Assembly: GCA_963707865.1 (NCBI GenBank)
Contig: OY970175.1
Span: 144,748 to 208,747, forward strand
DNA: 64,000 nucleotides
Source of the DNA: an uncultured bacterium
GTDB taxonomy: Bacteria; Patescibacteriota; Minisyncoccia; UBA6257; 2-01-FULL-56-20
Reading direction: 5' to 3'
The notes under the pieces are model-generated. The model ran no database searches. It was given only the letters and a program-made list of their open reading frames with translations, and was not told the origin of the DNA. Below, piece after piece: positions 1 to 9,531 of the stretch; within the stretch, counting starts at the first letter, position 1, and every line of letters starts with the position of its first letter. A program made the translations under genes and the position numbers.

Positions 1-462
1 GATTTTTACGCCTCGGTCCTCAAGCCAGAGGCCGTTTCCTTTTGAAGTACGTTTGCCGTTCAGGGCGCCGCCGATGTGTAAAAATTTTGTGATGCGCGCG
101 GGGCCGTGCACGTGACACAACGTGCCCGTCCGAGAATCTTCATAGGCACCGGCGCGGATGAGGACGGCCGCGGGATAGCCGCGCGGTCCCGTCACAATAT
201 TCACGAGCCAGTGCATCCCGTACGTGAAATACACGTAGAAATGGCCGGCCTCGTCGAACATGAGCTCATTGCGCGGCGTGCGGCCGCGGCTCGCGTGCGA
301 GGCCATATCGCGCGGTCCGTCGTATGCTTCCACCTCGGTCACCATGAGGGCGATCGTTTTCCCGCGATAGCGCCGCACGAGGTACTTGCCGAGGAGCGTC
401 TTCGCGACCACAACCGTAGGTCTATTAAAAAACGAAAGAGGGAGTGCTTTTTTTGTCGCCAT
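1..462 (-). CDS. mpg: 3-methyladenine DNA glycosylase (Mpg/AAG family), runs off the window edge
   Basis: Not in ORF track. Manual translation from ATG at 462: MATKKALPLSFFNRPTVVVAKTLLGKYLV...VTEVEAYDGPRDMASHA...YVYFTYGMHWLVNIVT...AVLIRA...GPARI, matching AAG motifs. Confidence 0.9.
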   Translation of the reverse strand, partial: MATKKALPLSFFNRPTVVVAKTLLGKYLVRRYRGKTIALMVTEVEAYDGPRDMASHASRGRTPRNELMFDEAGHFYVYFTYGMHWLVNIVTGPRGYPAAVLIRAGAYEDSRTGTLCHVHGPARITKFLHIGGALNGKRTSKGNGLWLEDRGVKI

Positions 463-538
463 ACTATAATATTAGAGCACCTGCCTTACGTTTTTGACAG
501 CATCCATCTTCGCATGATGGCAAAAACGTAAGGCAGAT

Positions 539-2971
539 GTGCACAAAATTATGATAGATGAGAGGAAACAAACCATTCCTACCATTCTCGTGGTCTTGGG
601 CGCCACGGGCGACCTTATGGCGAAAAAGATCGTGCCGGCGCTTTTTAACTTGCATACAAAAAAACATCTGCCGCCAAAGTTCAAACTCGTAGGCGTTTCA
701 AGGCGCGCGTGGGGCGACGACGATCTCCGTATACACCTCCGCACCATTCTTAAAGAGAGGGTATCGCGCGCCTCCGCCGCAACCGTACGATCATTCCTTA
801 ATCTCGCCGTGTATCATCGGTTGGCATTTGATTCGCCAAAGGACTACCTAGCGCTCAACGATCTTTTGAGTAAAATTGACGACACGTGGGGTATGTGTGC
901 GAACAAACTTTTTTATCTTTCGGTCCCGCCGCAGTTTTACTCGCTCATCCTTGCCCATCTGCACCGCAGCCATCTGACCGACGGCTGCGGTCCGAACGAG
1001 GGATGGACGCGCGTGATCGTGGAAAAGCCGTTCGGCAACGACGAGAAGAGTGCGAAGGCGCTTGACGCCCAACTTGTAAAGCTCTTCCGTGAGGAACAAG
1101 TTTATCGGATAGACCATTACCTGGCAAAGGAGATGTTGCAGAATATTCTGATGTTCCGGTTCGCGAACGATCTTTTTGAAAGCGAATGGACAAGCCGCAC
1201 GATAGAGCGCGTGCATATCCGCCTGTTTGAGCAGATCGGCGCGGAGGGACGTGGCGCGTTCTACGACCATGTGGGCGCTCTGCAGGACGTGGGCCAGAAC
1301 CATCTTCTGCAAATGCTCGCGCTCATCGCCATGGAGCGGCCCGCGCGGTACGATGCCCACGCGATCCGCCCGCTCCGCGCGGAGCTTTTGAGGTGTCTTG
1401 CCATTCAGACGCCCCGTGAAGCTGCGAAGAACTCGTTCCGTGCGCAATACGACGGCTACCGCTCCGTGCAAGGGATTGGTCCCCGTTCAAAAATCGAAAC
1501 GTACTTTCGGATCAAGGGGTTCCTCTCCGGCGCGCGGTGGGAAGGGATGCCGATCGTCATGGAAAGCGGGAAGCGCCTCGGCGAGCCGCAGAAAGAGATT
1601 GAGATCGTGCTGCGCCACGAACAGCCCTGCCTTTGCGGAGGGAAGGAGCACCATCACAACCGTATTTTCATCAACCTTGAGCCCACGGAGGGGATCACGA
1701 TCAGGTTCCATTCAAAGAAGCCGGGACACACGTTTGAGTTTGAAGAGCGGACATTGAACTTTGACTTCCGGAAATCGATCCGTCGTGCGCAATATACCGA
1801 GGAGTATGAGAAGCTGATCTTGGACTGCATCGCGGGCGACCAGACGCTTTTTGTTTCAAGCGAGGAGATCGCCGCGACGTGGAAGTTCATAGACCCGTTC
1901 ATCATTGCGTGGAAAAAGAACTTGGTCCCGCTACGGCACTATGCGCCGGGCGGCCGTAAGATTGTCGCCGAATCGGCGGCGTTTGATGATGCGGTGGAAA
2001 AAGATGGGATCCTAGCGCTTCCAAAGGAAATAGGAGTTTTTGGGCTTGGGAAGATGGGCGCGAACGTGGCGCGGCAGCTGCGCGATAAAGGATGGCGCAT
2101 CATCGCGGCCAATCGCTCGCCCGAGCCCTTGCAACAATTGGAGGACGAAGATTTTGAAGCGGCGTATTCTCTCGCGGAACTTGTGGCGAAGCTCACGGTG
2201 CCGCGAAGACATTCGCCGCGCGTGATCTGGCTCATGATCACTGCCGGAAAAGGAGTGGACGAATTTCTCTTCGGGACTCGCGGTAAGGACGGCCTTGTAA
2301 AGCATCTCCAAAAAGGTGACATTGTGATAGACGCCGGCAATTCGTTTTTTGAAGACAGCATGCGGCGCGCGAAGCTACTCGGCAAACATGGCATCCGGTT
2401 CATGGACGTGGGTTTCTCGGGAGGCCCGCGCGGCGCGCGCTACGGCGGCTCGCTCATGGTCGGCGGCGACCAGAAAACGTTTGAATATTTAGAGCCGCTC
2501 TTTGCCGACCTCTCCGTGCCCTTGGGCTATGCGTATTTCGGCGATGCGGGCGCAGGCCATTTTGTGAAGATGGTTCACAATGGCATTGAGTACGGCATGA
2601 TGCAGTCCTTAGCGGAAGGTTTCGCGCTCATGAAAAAGTCCCCATTCAAATTAGATCTCGCAAAAGTGGCGCGCGTCTATAACCGCGGCAGTGTCATAGA
2701 GTCGCGTCTTGTCGGGTGGATGGAAGACGCGTTCCGCATTTATGGCAAGGAACTGCATGCGGTATCCGGCACGGTCGCCGCGACCGGCGAGGGTGAATGG
2801 ACCCTAAAGACCGGCCGCAAGTGGCGCGTGAAACTACCTGCAATAGAAGACGCATTCAAATTCCGCATGCGTTCGCAACGCGCGCCGAGCTATATGGGCC
2901 GAATCCTCTCTGCGCTCCGCAACCGCTTCGGTGGTCATGCAGTGGGGAAAAGAAATAAAACAAAAAAATGA
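539..2971 (+). CDS. zwf-gnd: Fused glucose-6-phosphate dehydrogenase / short-type 6-phosphogluconate dehydrogenase
   Basis: GATGDL, EKPFG and RIDHYLAKE (G6PD) followed in frame by GLGKMG, DAGN, SGG and FVKMVHNGIEYGMMQ (6PGD); start may be ATG 551. Confidence 0.92.
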   Translation: MHKIMIDERKQTIPTILVVLGATGDLMAKKIVPALFNLHTKKHLPPKFKLVGVSRRAWGDDDLRIHLRTILKERVSRASAATVRSFLNLAVYHRLAFDSPKDYLALNDLLSKIDDTWGMCANKLFYLSVPPQFYSLILAHLHRSHLTDGCGPNEGWTRVIVEKPFGNDEKSAKALDAQLVKLFREEQVYRIDHYLAKEMLQNILMFRFANDLFESEWTSRTIERVHIRLFEQIGAEGRGAFYDHVGALQDVGQNHLLQMLALIAMERPARYDAHAIRPLRAELLRCLAIQTPREAAKNSFRAQYDGYRSVQGIGPRSKIETYFRIKGFLSGARWEGMPIVMESGKRLGEPQKEIEIVLRHEQPCLCGGKEHHHNRIFINLEPTEGITIRFHSKKPGHTFEFEERTLNFDFRKSIRRAQYTEEYEKLILDCIAGDQTLFVSSEEIAATWKFIDPFIIAWKKNLVPLRHYAPGGRKIVAESAAFDDAVEKDGILALPKEIGVFGLGKMGANVARQLRDKGWRIIAANRSPEPLQQLEDEDFEAAYSLAELVAKLTVPRRHSPRVIWLMITAGKGVDEFLFGTRGKDGLVKHLQKGDIVIDAGNSFFEDSMRRAKLLGKHGIRFMDVGFSGGPRGARYGGSLMVGGDQKTFEYLEPLFADLSVPLGYAYFGDAGAGHFVKMVHNGIEYGMMQSLAEGFALMKKSPFKLDLAKVARVYNRGSVIESRLVGWMEDAFRIYGKELHAVSGTVAATGEGEWTLKTGRKWRVKLPAIEDAFKFRMRSQRAPSYMGRILSALRNRFGGHAVGKRNKTKK

Positions 2972-3636
2972 AAATCGTCGTGTTGCATGGTTGGGGAGAG
3001 GATAAAAGGTTTTGGGATACCTTCGCCGCTTCTTTTCGGAAAGGGGACGTTGTGGTATTTGATCTTCCCGGCTTTGGGAGTGAACCGAGCACGGTCCCGG
3101 ATTGGGGCATCCCGGAATACGCCGAATGGGTGAGATCAAAAATAGAAAGCATTCCTCCGGAGGGGAACGATATTGTACTTCTTGGTCACTCCTTCGGCGG
3201 AAGGATCGCAAGTTATATCGCGAGCCAGAGTCCCTATTGGCTTAAAGGACTGGTCCTCTATGCCGCGCCGTCCATACGGCGGCCTAAGCTTTCCATTCGC
3301 CTCAAGATTGCAGGTGCACACGTTTTGAAAGCATTTGGTGTTCGTGGGCGGGGGGGCAATCCGGAGCTGCGGGAGGCCGAGCAAAAAGGAATGGGAAAAC
3401 TTTTTCGGAAAGCGGTCTCCTTTGATCAAACCGCCCTCTTGAAGAAGATTAAAGTCCCCACACTCCTTCTCTGGGGAGAGAAAGATGCCGTGGTCCCCTT
3501 GAGTATTGCGCGCGAGATGCAGCGATTGATTCCAAAGAGCGAGCTCACGACGATAGAAAGGGCGGGGCACAGTGCCCATCTCAAAAATCCTCATTTGTTC
3601 TATGGCATCGTCAAACGTTTTATTGAAGGCCTTTAA
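2968..3636 (+). CDS. Alpha/beta hydrolase
   Basis: HGWG, DLPGFG, GHSFGG nucleophile elbow, C-terminal GH. Confidence 0.9.
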   Translation: MKIVVLHGWGEDKRFWDTFAASFRKGDVVVFDLPGFGSEPSTVPDWGIPEYAEWVRSKIESIPPEGNDIVLLGHSFGGRIASYIASQSPYWLKGLVLYAAPSIRRPKLSIRLKIAGAHVLKAFGVRGRGGNPELREAEQKGMGKLFRKAVSFDQTALLKKIKVPTLLLWGEKDAVVPLSIAREMQRLIPKSELTTIERAGHSAHLKNPHLFYGIVKRFIEGL

Positions 3637-4957
3637 TATCCTTTTTCCCTTCGGAGATTTTCTCTATATCCTCCAGCAGGAGGATTATAGCAGTCGTCGG
3701 TATTTAAAATGGCTGCCGCGGTTTTTTTTGCGGCGCAACATTCAGGCACGGGATCACCTGCGTTACACGACACGCGCCGGCGCAATCCTTGTGATCGCTC
3801 TTCTGCTTTGGCTTGCGTCGCTTGCGGGAGTGTTTTTCAACCAGTATGCTTGGTCCGCGTGGACGGTCGCGGCAATAGTGTGGTTGCTTGCGGTGCCGAT
3901 GTTCGTACTCGCAGCAAATATTGTTTCTATGCCGCTCTATCTGCCATTCAGGTACGCGCGTATACGCCGGGCCGCAGAAAAGGTGCGTGCGGTGAATGGC
4001 CTGCGCATTGTAACGATCGCGGGAAGTTTTGGTAAGACGACGACGAAGAATTTCCTGTACGAACTTGTGCGGCACCATGCGGCGGTCCAGATGATATCGG
4101 GAAATGTGAACACGCCATTAGGCATTGCGGGATGGATCATGGAACATCTGCGTTCCGATACGGAGATTTTGATCGCGGAGGTAGATGCCTATCGGGCGGG
4201 CGAGATCAGGGAAGGTTGCCGCATTGTGCCTGCCGATGTCGCCATTCTTACAAGCATCGGGCATCAACATATGGAACGTTTCGAGAGTGTTCCGCGCCTG
4301 GCCGCGGCGCTCGGTGAGGTTTTTACCTACGCGAAGCCGGGAGCAAAGTTGCTCGCACCGCCCGACGTTGCGCGCATGTTGGATCCTCTACTCGGCGGGC
4401 GACAAGCGATCGTGGTGAACAAGGAGGATATGACGGGTACGGGTTTGCACCTCTCGACATCAGCCCGTTCCGACCTTGCGCTTGCCGCACGGGCTGCGGA
4501 GCTCTTGGGCGCGCCGGAAAGATTTGTTAAAGATGCAGCCCAAAAGCTCACACTTCCCGACCGCCGCCAAAAGGCGACCGTGTGGCATGGCTACGATTGT
4601 ATTGATGATTCCTATAATATCAGTTTCCCGACCGCGCAGGCGGGAATCGCAGCCGTGGAATCGTTGGCGCGCGAAAAAGGAAAAAAGCTTCTTACGGTCA
4701 CCGCGGGGATTCCGGAGCTCGGACCGGCGGACAAGAACGGGAACGAACGCTTGGGAATGCTGCTTGCAGAAAAAGCCGATCACGTCGTGGTACTCAAAAG
4801 TATATTTGCGCAGGACATCGCCCTCGGCATTCCGGATCAAGAAAAATACACGGTCGTCACAAACCTCAATGCTTTTATTGAAATGGCCCCGAAGCGCTTT
4901 CCGCCGGAGCGGTGGGCGCTTTTACTGGAACCAGAACTCACCGACCTCTATTACTGA
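3602..4957 (+). CDS. murF: Mur ligase (MurF-like) with N-terminal membrane segments
   Basis: AGSFGKTTTK P-loop, GNVNT, IDDSYN; adjacent to ddl; start moved to ATG 3602. Confidence 0.8.
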   Translation: MASSNVLLKAFNILFPFGDFLYILQQEDYSSRRYLKWLPRFFLRRNIQARDHLRYTTRAGAILVIALLLWLASLAGVFFNQYAWSAWTVAAIVWLLAVPMFVLAANIVSMPLYLPFRYARIRRAAEKVRAVNGLRIVTIAGSFGKTTTKNFLYELVRHHAAVQMISGNVNTPLGIAGWIMEHLRSDTEILIAEVDAYRAGEIREGCRIVPADVAILTSIGHQHMERFESVPRLAAALGEVFTYAKPGAKLLAPPDVARMLDPLLGGRQAIVVNKEDMTGTGLHLSTSARSDLALAARAAELLGAPERFVKDAAQKLTLPDRRQKATVWHGYDCIDDSYNISFPTAQAGIAAVESLAREKGKKLLTVTAGIPELGPADKNGNERLGMLLAEKADHVVVLKSIFAQDIALGIPDQEKYTVVTNLNAFIEMAPKRFPPERWALLLEPELTDLYY

Positions 4958-4970
4958 TACTGATCAGCGA

Positions 4971-6098
4971 TCACTGATTGACGAACCGTTCCACGATGTC
5001 GGTCTTGTAATCAAGGTGTAAACGGCTTGCATGTTCCGCGTCTTCCACCGCCTGCAGAATGAGCTCGGAAATCTGCTGTTTGAAGGGGATCCCGCTCGCT
5101 TCCCAAAGGTAGAACGCCATAGAGCCCGGGATGGGGTTCAATTCCGTAAGGTAGAGCTTATGGTCGCTCGCGTACATAAAGTCTGCCCGGATCATGCCTT
5201 TGCCGCGGCATGCGACGAACGCCTTCTTCGCCAGTTCCTGTATTTTTTGCTTCAGGTCATCGTCAATTTTCGCGGGAAGTTCGCGATTGAGGGACGCCAT
5301 GCCTCCCTGCATCTTTTTTCCTCCGCGCTCGTATTTGTCCGCGAAGCTTAAGATTTCCTCGTTTGAAAAAGGCCGTTCTACTTCACTCGCCTCAATATTG
5401 CCGTGCAGGAGCCGCACCGCGCAGTTGTATTCCACGAAAGAGGACAAGTATTTTTCCACAAGGATCTCCTTGTCCATCGCGGCCGCTTCAAGGAGGGATT
5501 TTTCCAGCTCCACCTCCGCGCGGGCGATTTTGATGCCGATGCTTGAACCGAGATGCGCGGGCTTCACGATGACGGGAAGGCCAAGGCGGCCAGTAATTTT
5601 TTTTGCGCACTGTTCGGAACCTGCTTTGATCTCGGACGAAAAAAGGTCCATCCCCGGCACGACGTCAATGCCGGCCCTGCTCACCGTCTCCTTCGTGAGT
5701 TCCTTGTTCATCATGACGACCGATGCTTCCTGGCCGGGGGAGGTGAAGGGGATGCCCACGGCTTCAAGCAGCCCTTGCATGGGGCCGGATTCCCCCTGTC
5801 CGCCGTGCAGCGCGAGGTATGCGGCATAGGGATAGATCTTCCGCAACGTACCTTTTATTTTTATAAAACCTCCGTTCGTGTCCCTGCTAAATGTGAAAGC
5901 CCTCCGCGCCGCAGTGAGAAACTTTCGGCGGTCCCGGAGGCCAGGGATGCAAAGGAATTTCCCCGCCTTGTCTATATAGACCGCAAGCGGTTCATACATT
6001 TCCGTGTCAATGTTTTCTAGGGCTTGAAGGCCTGTCACGACCGAGACCTCGTGCTCCGCCGATACGCCGCCGAAGACCACGAGCACCGATTTTCTCAT
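4971..6098 (-). CDS. ddl: D-alanine--D-alanine ligase
   Basis: FGGVSAEHEVS, LHGGQGESG, KPAHLGSSIGI, ELNPIPG. Confidence 0.95.
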   Translation of the reverse strand: MRKSVLVVFGGVSAEHEVSVVTGLQALENIDTEMYEPLAVYIDKAGKFLCIPGLRDRRKFLTAARRAFTFSRDTNGGFIKIKGTLRKIYPYAAYLALHGGQGESGPMQGLLEAVGIPFTSPGQEASVVMMNKELTKETVSRAGIDVVPGMDLFSSEIKAGSEQCAKKITGRLGLPVIVKPAHLGSSIGIKIARAEVELEKSLLEAAAMDKEILVEKYLSSFVEYNCAVRLLHGNIEASEVERPFSNEEILSFADKYERGGKKMQGGMASLNRELPAKIDDDLKQKIQELAKKAFVACRGKGMIRADFMYASDHKLYLTELNPIPGSMAFYLWEASGIPFKQQISELILQAVEDAEHASRLHLDYKTDIVERFVNQ

Positions 6099-6100
6099 AA

Positions 6101-6133
6101 TTTCAGTATAACTAAGAAAGCGCTATACTGAAA
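6101..6133. promoter_or_regulatory. Back-to-back -10 elements for ddl and the PGI/PMI gene
   Basis: TATACTGAAA on both strands; each TATACT lies 6 nt before an ATG (6098 minus, 6136 plus). Confidence 0.6.
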
Positions 6134-6135
6134 GC

Positions 6136-7110
6136 ATGATGCTGGATGACATAAAAAATTATGCGAAGCAGTTTGCATACGAACCGAAGGTAGAAAATGC
6201 CGCGAAGCTGAAGTGGAAGTTCACCAAGTTCGTGGTAATAGGTATGGGCGGGTCACACCTTGCGGCAGATATCATAAAGGCGTGGCACCCGGGGATGGAT
6301 ATCGTTGTTTGGTCAAATTACGGCCTCCCGCCGTTCCGCGAGAAGGATCTTAAAGAGCGGCTCGTCATCGCAAGTTCATACTCCGGCAACACCGAAGAAG
6401 TGATTGACGCCTTTCATGCGGCGCGGGCGAAGCGTCTCTCGGTAGCCGTCATCGCCTCGCGCGGGAAATTGATCGCGCTTGCGCAGAAGTTCAAGCTACC
6501 CTATGTGCAAGTCCCCGATTTTCACGCACAGCCGCGGATGTCCACGGGGCTTATGCTCATGGGAACACTCGCGCTTATAGGAGAGAAGACCTGGATTTGG
6601 GAAGCGCAGGAACTTGCGACCATGCTGCATCCCGTACGAGAGGAGTATCGCGGCCGCGAACTCGCGAAGCGGCTGCACGGATCAGTGCCGGTGATGTACG
6701 CCTCGCTTCGCAACGCCACGGTCGCGTATAACTGGAAAGTAAGGTTCAACGAAACGGGAAAAATTCCCGCATTTTGCAATGTGGTTCCCGAAATGAACCA
6801 TAACGAAATGACGGGTTTTGACGTCAAGGAGCGCACCGCGTCGCTTTCACGCAATCTCCACTTTGTATTTTTAAAAGACGGCGGCGACGATCAACGCATC
6901 ACAAAGCGCATGAGCGTTTTGGAGAAGCTCTACAAAGACCGCGGCTTCAAGGTGGAGGTCGTCCTCCTCCAGGGCAAGAATGAGCTCCATAAGATATTCA
7001 CCGCGCTCAACCTCGCCGACTGGACGGCGTACTACACCGCGAAGCTCTACGGCGTTGAACCCGAACAGGTGCCGATGGTGGAGGAATTCAAGAAGCTCAT
7101 CGGGCGGTAG
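6136..7110 (+). CDS. Bifunctional phosphoglucose/phosphomannose isomerase (SIS domains)
   Basis: GMGGS, SYSGNTEE, QPR, NETGK, PEMNHNE. Confidence 0.9.
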   Translation: MMLDDIKNYAKQFAYEPKVENAAKLKWKFTKFVVIGMGGSHLAADIIKAWHPGMDIVVWSNYGLPPFREKDLKERLVIASSYSGNTEEVIDAFHAARAKRLSVAVIASRGKLIALAQKFKLPYVQVPDFHAQPRMSTGLMLMGTLALIGEKTWIWEAQELATMLHPVREEYRGRELAKRLHGSVPVMYASLRNATVAYNWKVRFNETGKIPAFCNVVPEMNHNEMTGFDVKERTASLSRNLHFVFLKDGGDDQRITKRMSVLEKLYKDRGFKVEVVLLQGKNELHKIFTALNLADWTAYYTAKLYGVEPEQVPMVEEFKKLIGR

Positions 7111-7131
7111 GGCGGTAAGATTCGCGCCGGT

Positions 7132-7695
7132 TCAAGCGAGATTTTTTTCCGAATAGGCCTTTCGGTAAACGTCGCGGAGTTTCAACGCCATCACAAAAAG
7201 AATATCGGAATAGGTGAGTGGACTCCCTTGAAATATCGGATACTCAAACGCAAAATTCTGCACCCTTTTGAATTCAGGCCTGTCCCTCGCTTCCATGAGG
7301 ACGTTCAGGCACTGTCGTTCCAATTCAAGGAGCGAGTTAAATTGCTTCTCGCGCAACGCGTTCATGAAATCGGGTTTCAGGGTTTCAAATAGAAGCCCGG
7401 CTCCGCTTTCTTTGAAGAGCTTTTCGCCGAGGGAGTTTACGGTTCTCGGGCTGTCCGTTCCCGAATAACAGGATTGCTTGATAATTTCCCTTTCTAGGAG
7501 AACGTTATTGAGCGTCATGAGGCCCATATTGATTCTGCGAAGCATTCTTTCAATTTTCGGGAAGGCACTATTCGTATGGTTCGTTCTTACCACGAACTTT
7601 GTGACCAAAGCACTTAAAGCGGCAGCCAAAATCACCGCTCCGATGAGCGGATAGTTCTTGTTGATTTCCTCTGCGATAATGACCAAGAATTCCAT
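7132..7695 (-). CDS. Hypothetical protein with N-terminal TM helix
   Basis: 187-aa ORF filling the gap, hydrophobic N-terminus, divergent from the ThiF gene. Confidence 0.7.
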   Translation of the reverse strand: MEFLVIIAEEINKNYPLIGAVILAAALSALVTKFVVRTNHTNSAFPKIERMLRRINMGLMTLNNVLLEREIIKQSCYSGTDSPRTVNSLGEKLFKESGAGLLFETLKPDFMNALREKQFNSLLELERQCLNVLMEARDRPEFKRVQNFAFEYPIFQGSPLTYSDILFVMALKLRDVYRKAYSEKNLA

Positions 7696-7905
7696 GCGCG
7701 TTTGTTAGATTTTATTTCTGCGCTGCCCGCGACCATTCCATGTTTTCATTCCCGAGCATTATACTCTTTCTACATTAAATAATTGTTAACTACAAGTTTC
7801 TTTTAATAAAAATTTAATCTTTATTTGGGAGGATTTTAATGGGTGTTGTGCCATTCTCCGAGGAGCACCTTAAATTTCTGGTTTATGTCAAACAAGGAGA
7901 AACGT

Positions 7906-8886
7906 ATGGCAGATCAAACAAACATAATAGATTGTTACGATATTCCGGAGACAACGCACGAAGGGATTGTATATCGGCTCTTGCCAAGGCAATTCAATGA
8001 AAGCCGTTACCGCGAGCGCACGGACCGCAACATCGGATGGATCACGCAGGATGAACAAGATATCATCCGGAACACCGCCATCGCCATCGCGGGCTGCGGC
8101 GGTATGGGTGGCGAGCTCGCGGAAACATTCCTACGCCTCGGTGTGGGCGAGATTCGCATTGCCGACAACGAGTTTTTTGAAACCTCAAACATTAACAGGC
8201 AATTCGGAGCAACTCGGTTTACCGTCGAAAAATCAAAAGCGCTTGAAACGGCGAGGATGATGCGCGCGATTGCTGACGACACCATCGTGGTTGCGTGTCC
8301 CACGGGTATTTCTGAAGGTAACGTTTTCGATTTTCTGCATGGCTGTCACGTGCTCTGCGACGAAATTGAATTTTGGTGCATCGGTTCGCGGATATTGTTG
8401 CACTGCGCCGCACGGGAGCTCGGCATCCCCGTCTTCGTCTGCAGTGCAGTTGGCTTCGGTGCACGACTTTTCCTTTTCATGCCGCGCGGCATGACCGTGG
8501 AGGAATGCCTCGGTTTTGAGTACGAGGAAGCGGTTGATCTTGAGCGAAGGATACGAAGCCGGAATGCGCGGCCGGAAGAAGTAATGCGAGTTATGCGCGC
8601 GGTCGCGCGGAGCTTTTGCTGTGAATGGCCGGAATATTGCGCAGACGATTCGCCGGTAAAAAACCGCGATTTCACAGAAAGGCGGTTGCGTGAAGAGGGG
8701 TGCGGCTCGGTCGTTGCAACCAACCCGCCGTTCGCCTGCGGTTTCGCCGCCAATCGCGTACTGCTCAATCTCATCGCGCATTCCGGAATAAAGCGCGTTG
8801 TTGCGGAAATTCCCGAGATGCCGGGCTACTGCTATTTCGACGCTGCAAAGATGGAAGCAAAGGTTGTAAAAGGGAGGTGGTGGTAA
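7906..8886 (+). CDS. ThiF/E1-like adenylyltransferase
   Basis: RNIGWITQDEQ, IAGCGGMGG, D...SNINRQ; AGGAG 6 nt before ATG 7906. Confidence 0.9.
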   Translation: MADQTNIIDCYDIPETTHEGIVYRLLPRQFNESRYRERTDRNIGWITQDEQDIIRNTAIAIAGCGGMGGELAETFLRLGVGEIRIADNEFFETSNINRQFGATRFTVEKSKALETARMMRAIADDTIVVACPTGISEGNVFDFLHGCHVLCDEIEFWCIGSRILLHCAARELGIPVFVCSAVGFGARLFLFMPRGMTVEECLGFEYEEAVDLERRIRSRNARPEEVMRVMRAVARSFCCEWPEYCADDSPVKNRDFTERRLREEGCGSVVATNPPFACGFAANRVLLNLIAHSGIKRVVAEIPEMPGYCYFDAAKMEAKVVKGRWW

Positions 8887-9468
8887 ATGATTATGATACG
8901 CCGAATGAATGAATATGAAAGAAACGAGGTTGCCTTGTTCGTCCGGCAAGTGATGCGCATACAATATCATTGCGATCCTCACGAATTGCCGGAGATCATG
9001 TTTGTGGGATGGCGCGAGGGCAAATTTGTGGGAGCCATGGCGCTTTCTTTGAGTGCGGGGGAGCCGCTTCCCCTTGAAGAAACGTACGCGCTGGATTACG
9101 GATCGTTCCCTGGTGTATTCAATCGCGCAAGGATCGCGCAATTGGGGCGTTGGGTTGCCACAGTGTCGGACCTTTCCGAGGCACTCGTATATGCCGCAAT
9201 TCAGTACGCTATTCATAAAAACCGCGAATGGGGTATAGGGGAGATCAAACCGCAGGTTGCGCGGCGATTTTCGCGCATGGGCATCCGGATTTTCAGGCTT
9301 TCGGGAGGGCCTCTTCTGGGACATATCCCCGAGAGTGTTCGTCCTTACTATCTTCTGCCTCCTGTTCCTATCCCTGCCGCCATTGCGCTTCTTCCCGCGG
9401 AACGCGTGCTTCGTGAAAGAATGGAAGCGCTCATCGCACAAGGGAAGATTCGTTTTTCTCCGCCATAA
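8887..9468 (+). CDS. GNAT-like acyltransferase (thermostable-hemolysin / FeeM-like N-acyl amino acid synthase)
   Basis: Pattern E-R-x-E-V-x-x-F-V...LPLEETY...RIAQLGRW...RRFSRMGI...YY; directly follows ThiF stop; family call by eye. Confidence 0.6.
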   Translation: MIMIRRMNEYERNEVALFVRQVMRIQYHCDPHELPEIMFVGWREGKFVGAMALSLSAGEPLPLEETYALDYGSFPGVFNRARIAQLGRWVATVSDLSEALVYAAIQYAIHKNREWGIGEIKPQVARRFSRMGIRIFRLSGGPLLGHIPESVRPYYLLPPVPIPAAIALLPAERVLRERMEALIAQGKIRFSPP

Positions 9469-9473
9469 TAATC

Positions 9474-9503
9474 AATCGGCTCCGGCACGCGTCGGAGCCG
9501 ATT
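9474..9503 (+). terminator. Hairpin between the acyltransferase and kinase genes
   Basis: AATCGGCTCCG-8nt-CGGAGCCGATT perfect 11-bp stem, weak U tail. Confidence 0.55.
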
Positions 9504-9531
9504 TGCCAATCAATTTGGTATCTTTAATACA

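Noticed and set aside
106-531. 141-aa plus-strand ORF
   Set aside because: Antisense shadow of the minus-strand mpg gene.
8233-9441. 402-aa minus-strand ORF
   Set aside because: Antisense to the ThiF and acyltransferase genes; no recognisable motifs.
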